Assembly (NCBI GenBank): GCA_050742015.1
Contig: JBOGEV010000014.1
Location: 18,015-82,014, forward strand
DNA from: Acidimicrobiia bacterium
GTDB taxonomy: Bacteria > Actinomycetota > Acidimicrobiia > Spongiisociales > ZC4RG35
Reading direction: 5' to 3'
Length of the DNA: 64,000 bases
In this document: one piece after another, positions 47,671 through 57,095 of the stretch
Position numbering within the stretch: the stretch's first letter is position 1
Layout of the letters: every line of letters starts with the position of its first letter
Translations under genes and position numbers: made by a program
Notes under the pieces: model-generated
Seen by the model: the letters and a program-made list of their open reading frames with translations, nothing else
Databases searched by the model: none
Told to the model about the DNA's origin: nothing

Positions 47671-50292
47671 TTGGACAGCAACCAGATCCGAACCGCTTTC
47701 ACCTCCTTCTTCGAGGAGAAGGGCCATGTGCTGCGTCCCTCGGCATCGCTGATCCCCACCGATCCCACCCTCCTGCTGACTAACGCCGGCATGGTCCCCT
47801 TCAAGCCCTTCTTCCTTGGTGAGGAGGCACCTCCGTATCCCAGGGCGACGACGGTGCAGAAAGTGGTGCGCACCATCGACATCGACATCATCGGCACCAC
47901 CAAGCGCCATCTTTCCTTCTTCGAGATGCTGGGCAACTTCAGCTTCGGGGATTACTTCAAAGAAGACGCCATCGCCTGGGCCTACGAGTTCGTGACCGAG
48001 CGTCTCGGCCTCGACCCGGAACGGCTCTGGTACACGGTGTTCGAGACCGACGACGAGGCCGCCGAGATCTGGTCCCGGATCGTCCCGGCCGATCGGATCC
48101 AGAGACGCGACGAGAAGGAGAACTTCTGGCAGATGGGGGTGCCCGGCCCCTGCGGGCCGTGCTCGGAGATCTTCTATGACAAAGGGCCGGAGTACGGCGA
48201 GGGCGGAGGTCCGGCAGTGGGGGACGAAGACCGATTCGTCGAGATCTGGAACCTGGTGTTCATGCAGAACATCCAGGACCGGCCATATCACGTGATCGGA
48301 GACCTGCCGGCCAAGAGCATCGACACCGGGATGGGTCTCGAGAGGGTGGCGGCGGTGCTTCAGGACGTCCCCTCGACATTCGACATCGACACGATCCGGC
48401 ACGTTCGGGACGCCGCGGCCCGCTACACCGGCCTCACCTATGGCCAGGACGAGATCCACGACGTCTCGCTGAGAATCCTGGCCGACCACGGGCGCGCGGT
48501 CACTTTCCTCATCGCGGACGGTGTGGTTCCCTCGAACGACGGTCGGGGCTACGTCTTGAGACGGGTACTTCGTCGGGCCGTGCGCCATGCCTGGCAATAC
48601 GGGGGTGACGGTCTCGTGCTCCCGGAACTGGTCGACGCCACCGTGGAGGCGATGGGGGACTGGTATCCCGACCTGATCGAGCGGCGCGACTTCATAGGCC
48701 AGGTCGTGACGAGAGAAGAGGAGAGGTTTCGCCGGACACTCGAATCGGGCCACCAACTCCTCGATGTCGAACTCGGTCGAGGCGACGAGACCGCCCTGTC
48801 CGGGGCCACGGTGTTCAAGCTGCACGACACCTTCGGGTTCCCGATCGAGCTGACCAAGGAGATCGCGGCCGAACGAGGTGTCGAGGTCGACACCGCCGGA
48901 TTCGAGGCCGAGATGGCGGAGCAGCGAGGCCGCGCTCGCGCCGCCTGGAAGGGCGGGGACGAAGCGGCAGCCCAGGACGTCTACCGGGCCGTTCTCGATG
49001 TGACCGGCCCCACCGACTTCGTGGGCTACGAGACGGGTGTCGCCGACGGTCAGATCCTGGCCATCGTGGCGGATGGCGAGACGATCGATCGCGCCGATCA
49101 AGGACGACAGGTGGAGTTGTTCCTGAGCCGCACTCCGTTTTATGGAGAGTCCGGTGGACAGGTGGGGGACACCGGGCACATCGAGACCGAAACCGGGAAG
49201 GGGGTCGTGCTCGACACCCAACATTCGCTTCAAGGCCTACACGGGCACCGACTCCGCGTCGAGTCCGGTCATCTCGCCGTGGGCCAGCGGGCCGATGCGG
49301 TGATCGACTCGCCCCGACGGGAGGCGATCATGAGGAGTCACACCGGCACCCACGTCCTGCATTGGGCGCTGCGCGACGTGCTCGGAGACCATGCCAGCCA
49401 GGCCGGGTCGCTGGTCGAGCCGGGCCGTCTCCGCTTCGATTTCTCCCACTTCTCCCAGGTTGCCCCCCAAGAGCTGGCCTCGGTCGAGGCGGAGGCCAAT
49501 GAGAAGCTGATCGACAACCAAAGGGTTCAGACCACGGTCACCACCAAGGAACGGGCCGAGGCAATGGGAGCCCTGGCCTTCTTCGGGGACAAATACGGCG
49601 ACACGGTGCGTGTGGTCCAGGTCGGTGATTTCTCCACGGAGTTCTGTGGCGGTACCCACACCCACACCTCGGCGGAGGTGGGGCCCCTGCTTGTCACTTC
49701 CGAATCGTCTATCGGATCGAACCTGCGCAGGGTCGAGGCTCTGACCGGGCTCGCCGCTTACCAGCAACTGGTCGACCTCCGGGATGGCCTCGACCGCACC
49801 GGCCGGTTGCTCAAGGTCTCCGGGCCCGAGGTCCCGGTCCGGGTCGAGGCGCTGCTGGAGCGGGTCGAGACCTTGGAAGGGGAACTGGACGCCGTTCGCT
49901 CGCAACGGAGGGGTGAGCTCGCCGTGGAGCTGGCCGGTCAGGCGACGCGGGTGGGTGAGTCGTCGCTCGTGGTCGCCCCATCGCCGGATCTCGACGGCAA
50001 CGCCCTTCGTCAGCTCGCCCTGGGCGTGAGGGACCGGCTCGGGTCACCGTCGGTGGTCGTGGTCGGATCCAGCCACGGGGGCAAGGGCTCACTGGTCAGT
50101 GTCATCTCCAAGGATTTGGTCGCGTCCGGGATCTCCGCCGCCGGCATCATCGAAGGCGCGGCAGCGGAACTCGGAGGCGGTGGGTCCCGCGACCCCGAGT
50201 TGGCCCAGGCCGGAGGCCCGCGCGGAGAGCACCTCGACACGGCCCTCGGTCTCGCCCGGGAAAGCGCCGAGAGGGCCCTCGGGAGTCTGTGA
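47671..50292 (+). CDS. alaS: alanine--tRNA ligase
   Basis: IRTAFTSFFEEKGHVLRPSASLIP is the AlaRS N-terminus. The editing-domain motifs HTGTHVLHWAL and C-x-GTH are present, and a DHHA1-like C-terminus follows. TTG start. 873 aa. Confidence 0.95.
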   Translation: MDSNQIRTAFTSFFEEKGHVLRPSASLIPTDPTLLLTNAGMVPFKPFFLGEEAPPYPRATTVQKVVRTIDIDIIGTTKRHLSFFEMLGNFSFGDYFKEDAIAWAYEFVTERLGLDPERLWYTVFETDDEAAEIWSRIVPADRIQRRDEKENFWQMGVPGPCGPCSEIFYDKGPEYGEGGGPAVGDEDRFVEIWNLVFMQNIQDRPYHVIGDLPAKSIDTGMGLERVAAVLQDVPSTFDIDTIRHVRDAAARYTGLTYGQDEIHDVSLRILADHGRAVTFLIADGVVPSNDGRGYVLRRVLRRAVRHAWQYGGDGLVLPELVDATVEAMGDWYPDLIERRDFIGQVVTREEERFRRTLESGHQLLDVELGRGDETALSGATVFKLHDTFGFPIELTKEIAAERGVEVDTAGFEAEMAEQRGRARAAWKGGDEAAAQDVYRAVLDVTGPTDFVGYETGVADGQILAIVADGETIDRADQGRQVELFLSRTPFYGESGGQVGDTGHIETETGKGVVLDTQHSLQGLHGHRLRVESGHLAVGQRADAVIDSPRREAIMRSHTGTHVLHWALRDVLGDHASQAGSLVEPGRLRFDFSHFSQVAPQELASVEAEANEKLIDNQRVQTTVTTKERAEAMGALAFFGDKYGDTVRVVQVGDFSTEFCGGTHTHTSAEVGPLLVTSESSIGSNLRRVEALTGLAAYQQLVDLRDGLDRTGRLLKVSGPEVPVRVEALLERVETLEGELDAVRSQRRGELAVELAGQATRVGESSLVVAPSPDLDGNALRQLALGVRDRLGSPSVVVVGSSHGGKGSLVSVISKDLVASGISAAGIIEGAAAELGGGGSRDPELAQAGGPRGEHLDTALGLARESAERALGSL

Positions 50293-50693
50293 GCCGCACT
50301 CTCGGGGTCGACTACGGCACGAAGCGGGTCGGCCTTGCCATCTCCGATCCCCTCGGGCTGACCGCACGCCCCCTGGCCGTGGTGACCAGGTCGTCGGCGG
50401 TCGAGGAGGTGGTGAACCTCGTGAAGGAACAGGATGTCGGTACCATCGTCGTCGGCCTCCCCACCGGGCTGAGTGGTGATGAAGGGACGTCCGCCTCCGA
50501 AGCCAGGAAACTTGCGGATGAGCTCGGTCTTGCGACCGGGGTCGACGTGGTCCTGCGCGACGAGCGGTACACCTCCCGGATGGCCGAGACGGCTCTCGTC
50601 GAGTCGGGCATGAAACGCCGGCAGCGGAGAGAGAGCGTCGACAAGGTCGCAGCCGCAATCATCCTTCAGGACTTTCTGGACAGCAATCGATGA
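50289..50693 (+). CDS. ruvX: Holliday-junction-resolvase-like pre-16S rRNA nuclease RuvX/YqgF
   Basis: LGVDYGTKRVGLAISD is the YqgF signature. GTGA-coupled to alaS. Confidence 0.88.
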   Translation: MSRTLGVDYGTKRVGLAISDPLGLTARPLAVVTRSSAVEEVVNLVKEQDVGTIVVGLPTGLSGDEGTSASEARKLADELGLATGVDVVLRDERYTSRMAETALVESGMKRRQRRESVDKVAAAIILQDFLDSNR

Positions 50694-51793
50694 CATACGA
50701 ACCGGTGCCGGAACAACCCTCGCCTTGGGTGCGGGTGGCGAAGATCGTGGCCACCATGGGCCTCGTGGTGCTGGCCGGGATCGCAGTGGTTGGTGGTGGG
50801 TCGTACCTGGGTCGAGTGGTTGGAGGCTCGTTCAGCTCAGAAGACCCCTCAGCGGGCCCGGTCGACGTGGTGCCGGGCCAGGACGTGACCATCGACATCC
50901 CGACCGGATCGACCGCCGAGGACATCGCAGCCATCCTGGCCGCCCAGGGCGTGGTTCGATCAGCACTCGAGTTCGAGGTGGCCGTCAGGAACAACGAAGC
51001 GGACGCCAAGCTTCAGGCCGGCACGTATGCACTCCAGACGCTGATGGACCCGGCCGAGGTCGTCGCGGTGCTGGTGGTCGGCCCGGTAGCCGACGTGTAC
51101 CGGATCACGGTCATCGAGGGCCTTCGGGTCAGCGAGATCCTCACGACGCTCGCCGAGTCCTCCGGCCTCCCCTACGCCGACTTCGAAACCGCCCTCATCA
51201 GCGGCGAGGTCGACACGTCGCTCCGGGAGATGCCGGAAGAACCGACCCTCTCCGACTGGGAAGGGCTCCTCTTCCCCGATACCTATGAGTTCACGAGGTC
51301 AGCCGAGCCGGCAGACATCCTGCAGCGTCTGGCGTCGACAATGGAGCAGCGGGTGGGGAGCATCGACTGGGGCGTGGTCGAGGCGGCGGGGATGACGACA
51401 TACCAGGGCCTAATACTTGCCTCACTGGTCGAGACCGAGGTCCGTCTCGACGAGGAGCGGCCCACCGTCTCCAGTGTGATCCACAATCGACTCGGCATGG
51501 GAATGAAGCTCGACATCGATGCGACCGTGCTCTACGCCCTCGGGACCAGGGACCCGGCACTGTTCGACCGGGAGGTCGACTCGCCGTACAACACCTACCT
51601 GGTCAACGGGCTTCCCCCAACCCCGATCGCGTCGCCGGGCCGGGCGTCACTGGAAGCCGCGGCCGCACCGGTCTCGACCGAGTACCTCTTCTACGTCCTC
51701 TCAGATCTCGAGGGCCATCATGCCTTTGCGGTCACTCTCGACGAGCACAACGCCAATGTCGCCGCGGCCCGGGAGGCCGGGGTCCTGCCCTAA
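50690..51793 (+). CDS. mltG: endolytic murein transglycosylase MltG (YceG-like)
   Basis: An N-terminal TM helix is followed by the YceG domain (LVNGLPPTPIASPGRASLEAA). ATGA-coupled to ruvX. Confidence 0.85.
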   Translation: MTYEPVPEQPSPWVRVAKIVATMGLVVLAGIAVVGGGSYLGRVVGGSFSSEDPSAGPVDVVPGQDVTIDIPTGSTAEDIAAILAAQGVVRSALEFEVAVRNNEADAKLQAGTYALQTLMDPAEVVAVLVVGPVADVYRITVIEGLRVSEILTTLAESSGLPYADFETALISGEVDTSLREMPEEPTLSDWEGLLFPDTYEFTRSAEPADILQRLASTMEQRVGSIDWGVVEAAGMTTYQGLILASLVETEVRLDEERPTVSSVIHNRLGMGMKLDIDATVLYALGTRDPALFDREVDSPYNTYLVNGLPPTPIASPGRASLEAAAAPVSTEYLFYVLSDLEGHHAFAVTLDEHNANVAAAREAGVLP

Positions 51794-52006
51794 TGGTCTG
51801 TCGGTGAAGTAATGCCGCGGTGTCGCCGAGGCATCGGGGTCGCTGGCAAGGACGCAGGACGACCGGCGCACCTGATCGTTCGTCGAGGACGAGGATGCCG
51901 CCAGCGGCGTCGAGGGCCGGCGAGACTGCGTAGCTATATCAGCGACGGGCCACTAGCTGTGACGTACACGAACGTTGGTAACACCTGGTTGAGGTGAGCC
52001 TCCCTG

Positions 52007-53030
52007 GTTGTGTGGTGATTGCAAGCACCCACGACCGAAGGAGGCTCTCTTGCACCGTAATGCTCGTCTAACCCCGGAAGGCCGTCGGATTCTGTGTGAG
52101 AGGATCTCTTCTGGGCGTCCCGCTGCTCATGTCGCAGCGGAGATGGGGGTGTCTCGGACCACGGCTTACAGGTGGTGGCTCCGTTATCAGGCTGAGGGAC
52201 TGGCGGGGTTGTATGACCGGTCATCGCGACCGTTGTCTTGTCCGCATCGGACCCCGGCAGCGCTCGAGAGGCTGATCGTCGGTCTGCGTCGAGATGAGAA
52301 GCTGGGTCCGGCTCGTATCGGTTTACGTCTCGGGATGCCACCGTCAACGGTGTGGCGGGTGCTCTATCGCCACGGGTTGAACCGGTTGTCGTGGATGGAT
52401 CGTCCCACCGGCCGTGTCATCCGCCGCTACGAGAAGTCCGCCCCTGGGGAGCTGATCCACGTCGACATCAAAAAGCTGGGTCGTATCCCCGATGGGGGCG
52501 GATGGCGGGCCCTGGGCCAGGGTCAAGGCCGCAAGAACAGTGCCCGTTTCCGGCGGTATGACGGAGAAGGGAACAAGAGACGCACCCTCGGCTATGGATA
52601 CGTCCACGCTGCGGTCGATGACCACAGCCGTCTCGCCTATGTCGAAGTCCTAGAAGACGAGAAGGCTGTCACCGCTGCTGCGTTCACCCAAAGAGCAGTC
52701 GACTGGTTCGCAGACCACGGGATCAGCATCCAGGGGCTCATGACCGACAACGGTGCCTGCTACCGCAGCAACCTCTTCGCTGACACCCTCACCGCTAACC
52801 GGATCCAACACGTCCGGATCCCACCCCGACGGCCCCAGCTCAACGGGAAAGTGGAACGGTTCAACCGGACCCTTCTCGACGAGTGGGCCTACATCCGGGT
52901 CTACACGTCGGAAGGCGAACGCATCAACGCCCTTGCCGACTGGATCCACATCTACAACCATCACCGCAACCACACATCCATCGGCGGCCCACCCATCAGC
53001 CGAGTAACCAACCTCCCTGCACAACACAAC
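52007..53030 (+). mobile_element. IS481-family insertion sequence (~1.0 kb) inserted between mltG and aroE
   Basis: A single DDE transposase is flanked by imperfect terminal inverted repeats GTTGTGTGGTG (52007-52017) and CACAACACAAC (53020-53030), a 10/11 match. The transposase stop lies inside the right IR, as is usual for IS481 elements. The boundaries and any target-site duplication are not resolved. Confidence 0.7.
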
Positions 53031-53033
53031 TAG
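52050..53033 (+). CDS. IS481-family DDE transposase
   Basis: LHRNARLTPEGRRILCERI is the HTH N-terminus typical of IS481. The DDE core is IHVDIKK...TDNG...FNRTLLDE. TTG 52050 is preceded by RBS GAAGGAGG. The ORF track starts at TTG 52008. Confidence 0.85.
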   Translation: MHRNARLTPEGRRILCERISSGRPAAHVAAEMGVSRTTAYRWWLRYQAEGLAGLYDRSSRPLSCPHRTPAALERLIVGLRRDEKLGPARIGLRLGMPPSTVWRVLYRHGLNRLSWMDRPTGRVIRRYEKSAPGELIHVDIKKLGRIPDGGGWRALGQGQGRKNSARFRRYDGEGNKRRTLGYGYVHAAVDDHSRLAYVEVLEDEKAVTAAAFTQRAVDWFADHGISIQGLMTDNGACYRSNLFADTLTANRIQHVRIPPRRPQLNGKVERFNRTLLDEWAYIRVYTSEGERINALADWIHIYNHHRNHTSIGGPPISRVTNLPAQHN

Positions 53034-53071
53034 CGACCGAGGGGCCTTTCTCCGGTGCCACACTCTGGGCG

Positions 53072-53857
53072 ATGCTCAAGCCGCTCCACCTGGCCGTGCT
53101 CGGCGATCCGATTGAGCACTCCCGCTCACCCGCCATCCACACCGCCGCGATGCGCCACCTCGGGATCGAGGGGACCTATGAGGCAAGGCGCGCCGGGCCG
53201 GCCGAGCTGGCCACGGCGGTCACGGAGCTCCGGAACGGGGGCCTGGACGGGATCAACATCACTATGCCCCTCAAGAGGGAGGCTGCGGCGATGGCCGAAA
53301 CCCTGACCGGGGAGGCGTCGGTGAGCTTGTCGGTGAACACGCTCCGTCATCGCGCCGGGGCCGTAGAGGGTCACAGCACGGACGTGATCGCCAGCCGAAC
53401 GGCATTCGCCGACGAGCGTTTCGACCGCGCGGCCCCCGTTCTGATCCTCGGTTCGGGCGGTGCGGCCGCAGCCGCGCTGGCCGGGGCATCCGGTCGGACC
53501 GTCTATGTCGCTGCCCGTGACCAAGGGCGTGCCGCTGCCCTCCTGGCCCGCGTCGGGTCGGAAGCCGGGCTGCTGAGGTTCGATGCCGGTGTGGCCGGGG
53601 CGCTGGTGGTCAACGCCACACCGGTCGGGATGGGTGGCGAGGGTCTTCCCGATCGGGTCATCGGGCCCGCCTCTGGCATCATCGACCTGGCCTACGGGGT
53701 CGAGGAGACACGGACCGTGTCCGAGGCGCGGAGGTCGGGATTGCCGTTCATGGACGGCGTCGAGTTTCTCGTTCTCCAGGCAGCCGCCTCCTTCGAGTGG
53801 TGGACCGGGCTCTCCGCGCCTGTGGAGACCATGCTCCAAGCGGCCAGAAAGACCTAA
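53072..53857 (+). CDS. aroE: shikimate dehydrogenase
   Basis: LAVLGDPIEHSRSPAIHTAA is the AroE substrate-binding N-terminus. NADP Rossmann GSGGAAAA. ATG 53072 lies ~40 bp downstream of the IS end. Confidence 0.88.
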   Translation: MLKPLHLAVLGDPIEHSRSPAIHTAAMRHLGIEGTYEARRAGPAELATAVTELRNGGLDGINITMPLKREAAAMAETLTGEASVSLSVNTLRHRAGAVEGHSTDVIASRTAFADERFDRAAPVLILGSGGAAAAALAGASGRTVYVAARDQGRAAALLARVGSEAGLLRFDAGVAGALVVNATPVGMGGEGLPDRVIGPASGIIDLAYGVEETRTVSEARRSGLPFMDGVEFLVLQAAASFEWWTGLSAPVETMLQAARKT

Positions 53858-53911
53858 AGGCGCTGGCGGCTGGGGCCGATTGGAGGTCAAAGAATTTGTA
53901 AGAGGCAAGGA

Positions 53912-55096
53912 GTGGTTGAGGTGGCTCTATCTGGAAATCTGGGCTTCGTCCCACTGGACGAAGTACTGCGGCTCTTGATGAGGTCCGACCAGCGCGGATC
54001 GGTCGAGGTTCGTGGTGAGGACATCCGTGGCCGCGTGTTCGTGGGCAAGAAAGGCATCGCCCTCGCCACCACCGTCGAGGACCGCGATCTGCACAAGCAT
54101 CTCGTGAACTCCGGTTACGTCGACGACGCCTTCCTGCGTCAGGTCGTTTCCGGGCAGTCCACCTTCTCGGACCTGCTCGAGCGGGAGACCCCGGTCATCG
54201 ATCTCCTCCGCGAGATCACGATCGAGAGCCTCTATCACCTGAGCGACAAGGGAGCCACGTTCGAGGTCACCGAGGGCGCACTCACCCCCTTCGCCAGCAC
54301 CCGGCCCTTCGAGCTGGAGGCCGCCCTGGACGATGCTCGCCGCCGGGCCGATGAGTGGAGCACCGTCCACGAGGTGATCTCAGACCTCGATGCCATCATC
54401 AAGCTGAACCGTGACGCCAGTGACCAGGAAGAGATCAGGGTCAATCGCGAGGCGTGGCGCCTGATCTGTGAGCTGGGTGACGGAGCGTCGGTGGCCGTGA
54501 TCGCCGAGCGTCTCGGCACGACCGAGTTCTGGATCGCTAAGGTCGCCGCCGAGATGGCCGAGCGTGAATTGCTGGTCCTGACCGACGATTGGGCCGATGA
54601 GCCCGCCATCGAGTCAGTCTCGCCGGTGACATCCATTGCCGAACCGGTGACCAACCCCGGTGAGTCCTGGTGGGTCGAGCCGGCGGACGAGACCGGCGCA
54701 GAGGGCGGCGACGAGGCACCTGCGGCATTCGACGAGGCGCCCGGGCCGCAGGACCAAACCGCCGAGGCGGCTGACGACACCGAGGCCGACTCAGGCAAGG
54801 AAAGTCGATTCGGCCATTTCGTGAGGTCGAGTCGGTCCGATGAGGAAATCGCATCTGTCGAGGACGCAATCGCCGTAACCAACGAGCCCGGCGGGTACGA
54901 AGACTCGTTCGCAGCAGCTCCGCAGTCCGAGGCGTCGACCGAGTCGGATGAGGTCGAGGAGGACACCGAGGCATTCTTGGAGAAGGTGTTCTCGCAGCTT
55001 GAGGTCAACGGCCAGGCGGACGTCGAAGAGGAGGGCCACGGGCTGCTCCGCCGGCGTCGCATGGGCTCCGTGCTCAAAGAGATCGACGAAGACTGA
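53912..55096 (+). CDS. DUF4388 (PATAN-like) domain protein with long acidic disordered C-terminal tail
   Basis: The N-terminus LSGNLGFVPLDEVLRLL matches the DUF4388 start motif. The C-terminal ~150 aa are strongly Asp/Glu/Ala-rich. Confidence 0.55.
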   Translation: MVEVALSGNLGFVPLDEVLRLLMRSDQRGSVEVRGEDIRGRVFVGKKGIALATTVEDRDLHKHLVNSGYVDDAFLRQVVSGQSTFSDLLERETPVIDLLREITIESLYHLSDKGATFEVTEGALTPFASTRPFELEAALDDARRRADEWSTVHEVISDLDAIIKLNRDASDQEEIRVNREAWRLICELGDGASVAVIAERLGTTEFWIAKVAAEMAERELLVLTDDWADEPAIESVSPVTSIAEPVTNPGESWWVEPADETGAEGGDEAPAAFDEAPGPQDQTAEAADDTEADSGKESRFGHFVRSSRSDEEIASVEDAIAVTNEPGGYEDSFAAAPQSEASTESDEVEEDTEAFLEKVFSQLEVNGQADVEEEGHGLLRRRRMGSVLKEIDED

Positions 55097-55144
55097 ACGA
55101 CCGGCTCGCCCGGGAATTTCGACTACCACTAACTTGCTCCGGCG

Positions 55145-55924
55145 GTGATCAACGTCCTCGCCGGAGCATTTGGCTTTCTAGCGGCCCTCATCGCTCACGA
55201 CCTCTCGGCGCAGGCGCTGCGCGACCTCCCTCTCCGACCCTTTGTCGGGACCTGCCCGGCCTGTGGCACCCACCGGGGATGGCTGTCGTTCCGTTGCCCA
55301 CACTGCGGGCGGCGGGTCGGGCGGGAGATGCTCTTGGTCGCGGTCGCCGTGGTCTTCGCCATCGGCTTCGCCAACACGCTCGGCGCCGTGTGGGGGCTGG
55401 TGCCGTACCTCGTCTTCCTGGCCCTGACCCTGGCCTTGGGCATCAGCGATGTCGATTCCCTGCGAATAGTCGATCGTCTCAACCTGCGGGGCACGCTGCT
55501 CGTGGTCGGCCTGCTCGGGGCGGCCGCCCTCATCGACGGCGTGGAGGGGGCGTTTGTCCGGGGCATCCTCGGGGGAGCGGCATACTTCGCCGCCACCAAT
55601 CTGATCTTTCTCGTCGTCCGCGGCCGTGGATTCGGATACGGCGACGTGAAGTTGTCCGCCCAACTCGGGGTGTTCACCGCATACGTCTCATGGGGGACAT
55701 TGGGCTGGAGTGTGTTTCTCACCGCATTTCTCGGCGGAGTGCTCTCATTGGCTGTCCTGGTGGCAGGTCTGGCGTCCAGGACACGGCAGAAGCGTCGCGG
55801 AGAGATTGATGCGACGATCCGGGATGCGATGCGGGCGGAACTGCCATACGGGCCGGCGATGATCCTCGGGGCCTGGCTGGCCATCGTCCTCGCCGGGCTC
55901 GGAGCTTTCCCGATCCCGACGTAG
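55145..55924 (+). CDS. A24-family prepilin peptidase (type IV/Tad prepilin leader peptidase)
   Basis: N-terminal zinc ribbon CPACG...CPHCG. Multi-pass membrane protein with catalytic Asp motifs ISDVDS and GYGDVKL. Confidence 0.75.
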   Translation: MINVLAGAFGFLAALIAHDLSAQALRDLPLRPFVGTCPACGTHRGWLSFRCPHCGRRVGREMLLVAVAVVFAIGFANTLGAVWGLVPYLVFLALTLALGISDVDSLRIVDRLNLRGTLLVVGLLGAAALIDGVEGAFVRGILGGAAYFAATNLIFLVVRGRGFGYGDVKLSAQLGVFTAYVSWGTLGWSVFLTAFLGGVLSLAVLVAGLASRTRQKRRGEIDATIRDAMRAELPYGPAMILGAWLAIVLAGLGAFPIPT

Positions 55925-55933
55925 CATCAGGCC

Positions 55934-57091
55934 ATGCTGCGCTTCATGACCGCCGGGGAGTCACACGGCCCGGGCTTGGTGACGATCGTCGAAGGCCTTC
56001 CCTACGGTCTCCAAGTGTCCCCGGACCAGATCACAGACGAACTCGCTCGGCGCCGCATGGGCTACGGCCGGGGCAAGCGGATGGCCATCGAGAAGGACGA
56101 GATCGAGATCCTGGGCGGGATCCGGCACGGTCGCACCCTGGGCTCACCGGTGGCGGTCCTCATACGGAACACCGAGTGGCCCAGATGGTCCGAGGAGATG
56201 AGCCCCGTGCCCGCAGTCGCCAAGAAGCAAGTGACTCGGCCCCGGCCCGGACATGCCGACCTGTCAGGCATGCTCAAGTACGGGACCGATGACGCCCGGG
56301 ACATCCTGGAGCGAGCCTCGGCCCGTGAGACCGCGGCCCGCACCGTTGCCGGGATCCTGTCCAAGATCCTCCTCGCCACCGTCGGGGTGAGGGTGCTGAG
56401 TCACGTCGTCGCCATCGGGCCCGCTTCCAGCGAGGGCCGCGCTCCGGGGCCCGACGACCAGGATGCGATTGACGACAGCCCGGTGCGGTGTCTCGACCCG
56501 GCGGCGGAAGCGGCGATGGTGGCTGCCATCGAGGATGCCAAGGCCGAGCGTGACACCCTGGGCGGAGTGTTCGAAGTCCTCGGGTTCGAGGTGCCCCCGG
56601 GGATCGGATCCCATGTCCACTACGACCGCCGTCTCGACGCCCTCCTCGCCGCCGCGATCATGTCGATCCCGGCGATCAAGGGCGTGGAGATCGGTGACGG
56701 GTTCGAGGTGGCGGCACTCCCGGGATCCAAGTCACACGACGAGATTCTCCTCGACGATGGCGCCCTGCTCCGGCCGACCAACCGGGCCGGCGGCACAGAA
56801 GGGGGGATGAGCAACGGGCAGACCATTCGGGTGAGGGGGGCCATGAAGCCGATCTCGACCCTGATGCGTCCCCTCCGCACCGTCGACATGGCGACCGGGG
56901 AGCCTGCCGAAGCGGTGCGTGAGCGATCGGACGTGTGTGCGGTGCCCGCAGCCGGTGTGGTCGGGGAGCAAATGGTTGCCTATGTCCTGGCCGCCGAGTT
57001 CCAGAGGAAGTTCGGCGGCGACACCGTCGAAGAGTTCGTGTCCGCGGTGGATCGTTACCGATCCGGGCTCGTCGACCGGCCCCGGACATGA
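55934..57091 (+). CDS. aroC: chorismate synthase
   Basis: MLRFMTAGESHGPGLVTIVEGLPYGL is the signature N-terminus. 385 aa. Confidence 0.93.
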   Translation: MLRFMTAGESHGPGLVTIVEGLPYGLQVSPDQITDELARRRMGYGRGKRMAIEKDEIEILGGIRHGRTLGSPVAVLIRNTEWPRWSEEMSPVPAVAKKQVTRPRPGHADLSGMLKYGTDDARDILERASARETAARTVAGILSKILLATVGVRVLSHVVAIGPASSEGRAPGPDDQDAIDDSPVRCLDPAAEAAMVAAIEDAKAERDTLGGVFEVLGFEVPPGIGSHVHYDRRLDALLAAAIMSIPAIKGVEIGDGFEVAALPGSKSHDEILLDDGALLRPTNRAGGTEGGMSNGQTIRVRGAMKPISTLMRPLRTVDMATGEPAEAVRERSDVCAVPAAGVVGEQMVAYVLAAEFQRKFGGDTVEEFVSAVDRYRSGLVDRPRT

Positions 57092-57095
57092 CGCC

